Below, in pieces: positions 31,640 to 37,118 of a DNA stretch of 37,118 bases (its first letter is position 1; each line of letters begins with the position of its first letter). The stretch spans positions 1 to 37,118 of the IMG/VR virus record IMGVR_UViG_3300037483_000661; one strand, given 5' to 3'. A model generated the notes under the pieces. It worked only from the letters and a program-made list of their open reading frames with translations, ran no database searches and was not told the origin of the DNA. This stretch comes from a virus. Its lineage: Duplodnaviria; Caudoviricetes. The position numbers were made by a program, and so were the translations under genes.

Positions 31640-33363
31640 CGCTTCGCCCCTTTCTTCACCGGCCGGCCCTTGGGCGCGGGCTTCGCCGGAGCGGTCTCGA
31701 TCGGGGCGGCGGCGGCCTTGAGCCGGGCGATTGCCTGCTTCGTGAGCTCGGCGGTCGACGGCGCGGCCGTGACGAACCAGGCGGTGAACGTCAGGAGGCT
31801 CGCCGCGGCGGTGACGTCGGTCGGCGTCTCCCGGTCAAACGCCCCGCGGAGGGCCTTGGCCTTGTGGAGCGCGTCGAACCACTCGCCGGCGAGATCTCGC
31901 GGCTGTGCCCACGGGTCGAGGATCCGCTGACGTTTGTCGATGCGCGCGAAACCGTCGTCATACTCGAGGAGCACCCGCCCCAACTGGAAGCCGATCGCGG
32001 CGACGACCCGGGGATCGAGGGCCGCGATGGCGTGCGACGCGATCTCCTGGTGCAGCGCCGGATCCGCCGCGCGCTCGGTAATCAGCGCCTCGATAGCCTC
32101 GCGGATCTTGTCGTCGTCCTCCCAGGGGAGCTGCTTCGGGGCCTTCGTCGCTTTCGCCGGGGACGCGTCGCCCGCGGCCGGCGCCGGCCGGGCCTTCGGG
32201 GCCACGCGCGTGATCGTCGCCCACTCGACCGTCCCCGCCTTCGCGTCGGCGATGTGGATCACCTGGACGGCGCCCTTGGCGCCCGCGGCCGCCTTATTCC
32301 ACTCGCCCCGCTTCGCATCAGCCTTCCCGCGCACGTCGCCCGCCGTCACCTTGGCGAGCTTCACGCCGCGGGCCTTGTGCTCCTGGATCGTGCGCGCGAC
32401 GTGCGCGTCCGTCTTCCCCGCGAAGCAGGCGCGGTCGGTGCACTCGTCCTTCCCGGCGGCGAGCTCCGGGAACAGGGCCGGCTGGAACCCGGTCCGCTTG
32501 GGACACGTGACACAGCTCCCGGCGGCCGGCACCAGCTCCGCGTCGGCGGTCGGGAACGGCGCCGTCTTGAGGTTGAGATGGACCTCCTCCTCGATCCAGC
32601 GCCGCAGCTCGGCCAGTGTGCCGGGCGGCCGGAGGAGGCTGCTGTGCGTGCCGCCCCAGATCGTCGGAACCAGCTTCCGGAGCGGGCGGGTCCCGTCGTC
32701 CTCGCGGAGCCCGCCGCTCCCCAGGCCGTAGACGCCGCCCAGGACGGCCGCCCGTTGGCGATCGGCCGGGACGCGCGCGATCAGCAGGGCGTGCGCGAGC
32801 GGGAGCGTGCCGTCGATGAGCAGCGTGGCCACGTCGGGCCGGAGCTCGCGCAGCTTGAGCCGCTGGTAGACGAACGTGTCCGTCTTGCCCGTCAGGGCGG
32901 CGAGCTCGGCCACGGTGCAGACCGGCCCGCCCCCGTTCCCGTCGAGCAGGGAGGCGAACGCCTGGGCCTCCTCGAGCGGGGTCAGGTTCTCGCGGCCGAG
33001 GTTCGCGAGCGCCACCTCGCGCTTGAACTCCTCGTCGGTCATGGTCCGAATCCGGACCGGGATCAGGTCGCGCTTGGCCCGCTCGGCGGCCCGGAGCCGG
33101 CGGTGCCCGTCGGCGACCTGGTAGACGAGGGTGGGCCCGTCCTGGATCGGGCGGACGAGGAGCGGCTCGCGGACGCCATCCTCGGCGATCGCGTGCGCCA
33201 GCTCGTCGAGCGCGGCTTCGTTCAGGGCGAGGCGGGGATTGAGGCCGGACGCACGCACGGCGGCGAGCGGGACCATGGCGAGACGACCGAGCCGGTCGTC
33301 GGGGTGCGGGTCGGTCATCGGGATCGGCTCCTCGGTGGGGTGGAATGGGGACGGCGGCGTCAT
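31636..33363 (-). CDS. parB: ParB/Spo0J-family protein with long C-terminal extension (start 33363 or 33318)
   Basis: NPR...ELAHAIAEDGVREPLLVRP...VADGHRRLRAA...NLGRENLTPLEEAQAF; HTH; CVTCPKRT...CTDRACF Cys cluster. Confidence 0.92.
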   Translation of the reverse strand: MTPPSPFHPTEEPIPMTDPHPDDRLGRLAMVPLAAVRASGLNPRLALNEAALDELAHAIAEDGVREPLLVRPIQDGPTLVYQVADGHRRLRAAERAKRDLIPVRIRTMTDEEFKREVALANLGRENLTPLEEAQAFASLLDGNGGGPVCTVAELAALTGKTDTFVYQRLKLRELRPDVATLLIDGTLPLAHALLIARVPADRQRAAVLGGVYGLGSGGLREDDGTRPLRKLVPTIWGGTHSSLLRPPGTLAELRRWIEEEVHLNLKTAPFPTADAELVPAAGSCVTCPKRTGFQPALFPELAAGKDECTDRACFAGKTDAHVARTIQEHKARGVKLAKVTAGDVRGKADAKRGEWNKAAAGAKGAVQVIHIADAKAGTVEWATITRVAPKARPAPAAGDASPAKATKAPKQLPWEDDDKIREAIEALITERAADPALHQEIASHAIAALDPRVVAAIGFQLGRVLLEYDDGFARIDKRQRILDPWAQPRDLAGEWFDALHKAKALRGAFDRETPTDVTAAASLLTFTAWFVTAAPSTAELTKQAIARLKAAAAPIETAPAKPAPKGRPVKKGAKR

Positions 33364-33587
33364 CGCGGTAGCTCCACGACGAACCCGCCGGTCTGCAACA
33401 CCTCGAGGCCCTCGAGCGCCAGGGTGATGCGGCGCTCGGCGGCGGCCCACGCGGCCGCGACCTCCGGCGGCACGCCGAACACCTCGCGGTGCAGCCGGAG
33501 CACCATGAGACCGTTGCGGAGGTGCGCGACCGGCGAATCGGCCGGATAGACCGTGTCGTGCGTGAGCGGCCAGGTGAGGGCCATCAT
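33360..33587 (-). CDS. Hypothetical protein (75 aa)
   Basis: ATGA-coupled chain, AGGAG RBS. Confidence 0.55.
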   Translation of the reverse strand: MMALTWPLTHDTVYPADSPVAHLRNGLMVLRLHREVFGVPPEVAAAWAAAERRITLALEGLEVLQTGGFVVELPR

Positions 33588-33811
33588 GCGGCCGGCTCCT
33601 GGGCCCGACGCTTGGCGGGCTTCACGAGCAGGACCACGATCGGTCGGCGCAGTCGGGCGGGCCGGACCGGGGTCGGCACCCGCGGCGTGGGGACGGCTGG
33701 ATGGCGGCGCCGCTGCGCGCGGTAATCCCAGCCGATCAACGCCCCGGCCCCGACCAGGAGGGCCAGCAGGAGCGCCACGCCGGCCAGCATGCCCCAGGCG
33801 AAGTCAGTCAC
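33584..33811 (-). CDS. Small single-TM protein (75 aa)
   Basis: GTG 33811; FAWGMLAGVALLLALLVGAGALIGW followed by a basic tail. Confidence 0.55.
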   Translation of the reverse strand: MTDFAWGMLAGVALLLALLVGAGALIGWDYRAQRRRHPAVPTPRVPTPVRPARLRRPIVVLLVKPAKRRAQEPAA

Positions 33812-34103
33812 GGAGCACCCGCCGGGGTCGCGGGAGCGGCAGCACGACGGGCAACGCCTGGCGGGCCTGGTAGTCGGTGCTCGCATGGATCCGAGCCCGG
33901 ATCGGATCCAGACGGCGGTTGAAGAGGGCGAGCTCGCCCAGGAGATCGAGGAGGTCTCGCTCCATGAGCTCGGGCGCGAGATCCAGGACGCGGGCTTCCG
34001 CGTGGCGGAGGTACGCGAGCACCGTTTCCGGCCGCGCGTAGGGGAACAGGTCGGGCTGAGACGAGGACACGGCCGGCCTCACCGGGAGAGAGAGCATCGC
34101 CAT
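33804..34103 (-). CDS. Hypothetical protein, first gene of the early operon (99 aa)
   Basis: GAGGA RBS; helical protein-like sequence. Confidence 0.55.
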   Translation of the reverse strand: MAMLSLPVRPAVSSSQPDLFPYARPETVLAYLRHAEARVLDLAPELMERDLLDLLGELALFNRRLDPIRARIHASTDYQARQALPVVLPLPRPRRVLRD

Positions 34104-34185
34104 AGCGCGATCCTCAGCTCAACGGGAGGTCAACGGGCAGGGTGCCGAACGGCCCCCGAAATGTCCTCTTTTTGGGTCGCGTTAC

Positions 34186-34276
34186 GGTTAACCCGGGCCG
34201 GGGTAACCTGTTGCGGAAACATATCTTATACGCATAATCCGGCATCTTGACGGGTGACGTTCCGGCACCGTACATT
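34186..34276. promoter_or_regulatory. AT-rich control region with an inverted repeat and two + strand sigma70-like promoters
   Basis: IR ggttaacccg..cggggtaacc (34186-34208); TTGCGG-N16-CATAAT (34211-34238); TTGACG-N18-TACATT (34247-34276). Confidence 0.5.
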
Positions 34277-34292
34277 GACCCTCGCATCGACG

Positions 34293-34371
34293 GACCCTCC
34301 GCGGGCGCGAGCCCACACGAGTGGTGGAGATGCCCGGCGGTTGGCGCCGCCGGTGACTGCTTCGGAGGGTC
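34293..34371. ncRNA. Candidate structured RNA (multi-stem junction)
   Basis: Closing stem GACCCTCCG/CGGAGGGTC enclosing hairpins CCAC-acga-GTGG and CCGGCGG-ttggcg-CCGCCGG. Confidence 0.4.
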
Positions 34372-34594
34372 AGCCGCGAGGCTGGCCCTTTCGTTTCCTG
34401 GCCGCGAGGCCCTCGAGCGCCAGCGGATACCAGGCCGGCGGCCCGTGGGCCTCGTAACGGTCGATCGTCGCGAGACTCAATCCGAACGCGCTCGCGATCT
34501 CCACCCGGCCCGGCACGGACTCGCCGAACAGCTGCTGGCGGATCCGCCGCCAGCGCGCCGACTCGGCCGTCTGTGTGGGGGGGTGATATCGCAT
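34370..34594 (-). CDS. Small HTH transcriptional regulator (Cro/repressor-like, 74 aa), probably leaderless
   Basis: RVEIASAFGLSLATIDRYE HTH; ATG 34594 lies ~8 nt after a -10 box. Confidence 0.75.
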   Translation of the reverse strand: MRYHPPTQTAESARWRRIRQQLFGESVPGRVEIASAFGLSLATIDRYEAHGPPAWYPLALEGLAARKRKGQPRG

Positions 34595-34601
34595 GGCCCG
34601 C

Positions 34602-34631
34602 AATCTGTGGGCATAGACCCCGGCCTGTCAA
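34602..34631 (-). promoter_or_regulatory. Sigma70-like promoter for the HTH regulator
   Basis: Minus strand TTGACA-N18-CAGATT. Confidence 0.55.
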
Positions 34632-34710
34632 GTTGTCAGGGGAGCCGGGCCTCGACGGCGACCGTTCCGGGGGCCATCTTGGGGACGGTTCCCTCCCCCG
34701 GAGTGTCGTC

Positions 34711-34932
34711 ATGGTCGAGCTTACCGCGAAGCGTTGGAAGCTGCTCAAGGTCGCCGGCATCCTCACGATCCTGCTCGGCGTCGTGCTGCTCGTGGCCGGG
34801 ATGGGCGAGGCGAGCATGGCCGCCGAGGGCGACGCCGCCTCCCCCTTGCTCACGGCCGGGATGCTCGCGGGACTCGTGGGCGTCGCCCTCTGGCTCACCG
34901 CCCGAGTACTCGCCTGGTGGCACCATGGGTAG
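34711..34932 (+). CDS. Small 2-TM membrane protein (73 aa); one of only two + strand genes
   Basis: GGAG RBS, ATG 34711; two hydrophobic helices. Confidence 0.7.
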   Translation: MVELTAKRWKLLKVAGILTILLGVVLLVAGMGEASMAAEGDAASPLLTAGMLAGLVGVALWLTARVLAWWHHG

Positions 34933-35290
34933 GCGAGTCCTGATCGTGCTCCTCGGCCTGGTCGGGTGCCGTGGTCCGGCCGTGCTCGAGCCCGCCGCGC
35001 CGCCGGCTATGGAGCCGCCCTTCCAGCCCGGCCTGCGTTTCGTCGGGGCCTGCTCGCGCCCGGCGGTATGGTGGCTCCAACGGGATGGCGCTAACCTACC
35101 GCCGACGGGGATCTGGCTCTTCCAAGCCACGGACTCACTGGACTTCCCGGCGGTCCCCGGCACGAAGGAGATGGTGTGGTGGGAGCTGGACCCGAGCACC
35201 GCGCGCGCGCTCCAATACGGGATCGGCACCCTCGATAGCCTAGGGGTCGCCCGGGTCACCGCCGCCTGTGTCGCTGAGGATAGCCGTTAG
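34925..35290 (+). CDS. Lipoprotein (121 aa)
   Basis: MGRRVLIVLLGLVG-C lipobox; overlaps the upstream stop; converges on the end of the late operon. Confidence 0.7.
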   Translation: MGRRVLIVLLGLVGCRGPAVLEPAAPPAMEPPFQPGLRFVGACSRPAVWWLQRDGANLPPTGIWLFQATDSLDFPAVPGTKEMVWWELDPSTARALQYGIGTLDSLGVARVTAACVAEDSR

Positions 35291-35946
35291 AACACGCGCA
35301 GCGTGACGGCGACGCCGGCGCGTGGCTCGATCGCCGCCTGGGTGAGGGTCGGTGTGCTGCAGAGCCCGACGTAGCCGGTCGCCCGGATCCGCCAGAGGGT
35401 GAGCGCCGGGCCGGCGCCGGCGCAGAGCTCTCCCGGCAGCTCGTAGCGCGCGAACACTTCCCCCTGCAGCCGCGGCCGCCAGGACCAGGCGACCATGACC
35501 CCGGGCCGGGCCGCGAGCACGGCGCCGGCGGTGTCGGCCGCCGCACCGGTCAACGCGAGGGCGGCCCGGAGCTCCCGGACCTCTCCGTCCTTCGCCTCGA
35601 GCGCGCGGCCGGAATCGGCGAGCGCGCCGGCGAGCGTCCGGGCGAGGGCCTCGAGGGAGTCGATCGCGGCCGTGTCGGGGACGGTGGTGCGGATCGTCTG
35701 GATCCGGATCTCCACATCCGGCGGCGGGGGGCCGGCCCGCGCGGCAGCCGCCGCGGCCGCGGCCGCATCGGCCCGGGCCTCGTGCGCCGCCGCGAGCGTG
35801 CGGAGGGTCGCGACTGTCCCCTCCGCCCGCGTGGCCCGGTCCTCCCAGGCGGCGGTGGCGGCCCGGAGCACGAGATAGCACGTGCCGGCGCCCAGCACGG
35901 CGCCGACCAGGCCGGCCACGAGGAGACCACGGATCCGGGGGGCCAC
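35287..35946 (-). CDS. Membrane-anchored coiled-coil protein with beta-strand C-terminus (spanin-like candidate)
   Basis: N-terminal TM, Ala-rich coiled coils with a Pro linker, amphipathic strands ending AVTLRVF. Confidence 0.55.
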   Translation of the reverse strand: MAPRIRGLLVAGLVGAVLGAGTCYLVLRAATAAWEDRATRAEGTVATLRTLAAAHEARADAAAAAAAAARAGPPPPDVEIRIQTIRTTVPDTAAIDSLEALARTLAGALADSGRALEAKDGEVRELRAALALTGAAADTAGAVLAARPGVMVAWSWRPRLQGEVFARYELPGELCAGAGPALTLWRIRATGYVGLCSTPTLTQAAIEPRAGVAVTLRVF

Positions 35947-35950
35947 GGGG

Positions 35951-36331
35951 TCAGGGCGTCCCGGTCAGGTTCTCGACCCGGAGATAGATCCGTGCCTTCC
36001 CGACCTTCTCGACCCCGTCCGTCCAGGTCCACGTGACGAGCAGCTCGTGATCCTCCTGCGCGCCGCCGCCGAGGATCGCGTTGTCGGCCGGGTCGAGTGT
36101 GATCGCGCCGACGCCCGCCTCGGTGATATCGGCCAGGACGTCGACGGCTTCGCGCTCGTTGACGACCCGACCCGTGTCTTTCACGACGAGCGTGTACGTG
36201 CAGGCGTCGAGCGACGAGCCCGGGAGCGCGTCCCCGTTCTCGTCCTCGACCGTGAACCCCAGGACGGCGGTCGCGCCTTCGGCGAGCACGGAGCCCGCCG
36301 CCCGGAGGTCCGTTTCGAAAGGCTTGCCCAT
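35951..36331 (-). CDS. Virion protein with BppU-N-like fold (126 aa)
   Basis: EGATAVLGFTVEDENG...AITLDPADN...LVTWTW...IYLRV pattern. Confidence 0.6.
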   Translation of the reverse strand: MGKPFETDLRAAGSVLAEGATAVLGFTVEDENGDALPGSSLDACTYTLVVKDTGRVVNEREAVDVLADITEAGVGAITLDPADNAILGGGAQEDHELLVTWTWTDGVEKVGKARIYLRVENLTGTP

Positions 36332-36333
36332 GG

Positions 36334-36696
36334 TCAGGTCGGGTCCCCGTACTCGAGGTCGTGCGCCGGCACCGTCACCGTGCCGCCCGACGTGAGCGCC
36401 TGGGACGTCACTTCGGTCACGCCCAGCAGCGTCGCCCCATCGTCATAGCTGAGGTGCGTCGCGGTCCCGCTCGTGTCGATCGGGACGTTCGCCTGCTGCG
36501 CGACGGTCGTCTTCCGGCCGGAGGTGTCCCCGTCCGCTTTCGAGAAGTCGCCGCCGTCGAGCGTGACGTCGGCCAGGGCCACCGCCGCGATGCCCGCGAA
36601 GTTGGCCGGCGCGGCCGAGCACACGACCTGCCGCGTCGCGGTCGCGAACTTGTCCAAGGCGGCGTCGGGCACGCTATCGTCGAGAAGCTTCGTCAT
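36334..36696 (-). CDS. Putative virion structural protein (120 aa)
   Basis: GGAGGTG RBS; LADVTL..GDFSKADGDTSGRKTTV...SGTATH beta-rich pattern. Confidence 0.65.
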   Translation of the reverse strand: MTKLLDDSVPDAALDKFATATRQVVCSAAPANFAGIAAVALADVTLDGGDFSKADGDTSGRKTTVAQQANVPIDTSGTATHLSYDDGATLLGVTEVTSQALTSGGTVTVPAHDLEYGDPT

Positions 36697-36947
36697 CGGG
36701 CACCTCCCCGGCGCCCCTTCGGCGCCGCCGTGGCTTTGGTCGTCATCTTCGCCACCTCGAGCGTCTGCGGCCCGGGCTTCCGCTCGCCGGTCGGGACCTT
36801 CCCGGCCACGTCCGTGGCCCAGCCGCGGCCGCAGAGGGTCGCGCCGTAGGCATCGTCGACGGTCGCGACGTCGCCCTCAACCCAGACGTGCAGCACGCCG
36901 TCCGGGCCGACGTCGGAAATCCGCTGTTCGGTGATCTTGATCTGCAT
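36693..36947 (-). CDS. Hypothetical protein (84 aa, MQIKITEQRISD...)
   Basis: ATG 36947 after GGAG, 4 nt after the fibre gene stop. Confidence 0.6.
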   Translation of the reverse strand: MQIKITEQRISDVGPDGVLHVWVEGDVATVDDAYGATLCGRGWATDVAGKVPTGERKPGPQTLEVAKMTTKATAAPKGRRGGAR

Positions 36948-36951
36948 GGGG

Positions 36952-37118
36952 TCACTCCACGGTGATGGACGTGAGCCGCGGGCTCCGGAGTGTGACGTCC
37001 GCGAGCTGGGGCCCGGCAACCGCGACGGCCGCGAGCTGCGGCGCCGCGAGGGTAAAGTCGGTGAGGAGCGCGCGATCGAACCCCGCGGGCAGCACGAGGA
37101 CGACCCCGTCCAGGACGA
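36952..37118 (-). CDS. 3' end of the junction-spanning fibre gene (see 1-1480)
   Basis: Frame continues ...GPQLADVTLRSPRLTSITVE to TGA at 36952-36954. Confidence 0.75.
   Translation of the reverse strand, partial: VLDGVVLVLPAGFDRALLTDFTLAAPQLAAVAVAGPQLADVTLRSPRLTSITVE
36996..37118. repeat. Exact 123-bp terminal direct repeat (copy 2)
   Basis: Identical to bases 1-123. Confidence 0.97.

Noticed and set aside
5855-33549. Long + strand ORFs (e.g. 5855-8305, 10272-12215, 16069-18303, 17738-19804, 20668-22623, 31864-33549)
   Set aside because: Antisense shadows of well-supported minus-strand genes; Arg/Gly/Pro-rich translations expected from high-GC codon bias
36996-37118. Biological direct terminal repeat of the virion DNA
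   Set aside because: It falls mid-gene, far from the terminase region, and its length fits an assembler overlap; a GpA-type terminase implies cos ends

Overview
The window is a complete, circularly assembled ~37.0 kb GC-rich tailed-phage genome (bases 1-123 repeat exactly at 36996-37118). Almost all genes lie on the minus strand in a lambda/HK97-like siphovirus order: HTH regulator, ParB, replication initiator with internal iterons, J-domain protein, RusA-like resolvase, terminase small and large subunits, gpW-like protein, lambda-type portal, protease-capsid fusion, two glycosyltransferases, head-tail and tail genes, tape measure, tail-tip proteins, amidase/holin lysis genes and a LamG plus 22-aa-repeat fibre gene that crosses the contig ends. 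I recognise no integrase. The standout is an RNA-guided TIGR-Tas-like locus just upstream of the packaging genes. It has a nuclease-less Nop/IS110-C-terminal-domain protein (24106-24855, TasA-like, with a Cys/His insertion), flanked by five stem-loop guide units of the form stem-CCA-N9-TGnnnnCCA-N9-TG-stem. Two units lie upstream and three downstream, all inside open reading frames. One reconstructed 18-bp target is a canonical tRNA T-arm and three resemble ribosome-binding sites or gene starts. All family assignments come from reading motifs by eye; no database search was run.
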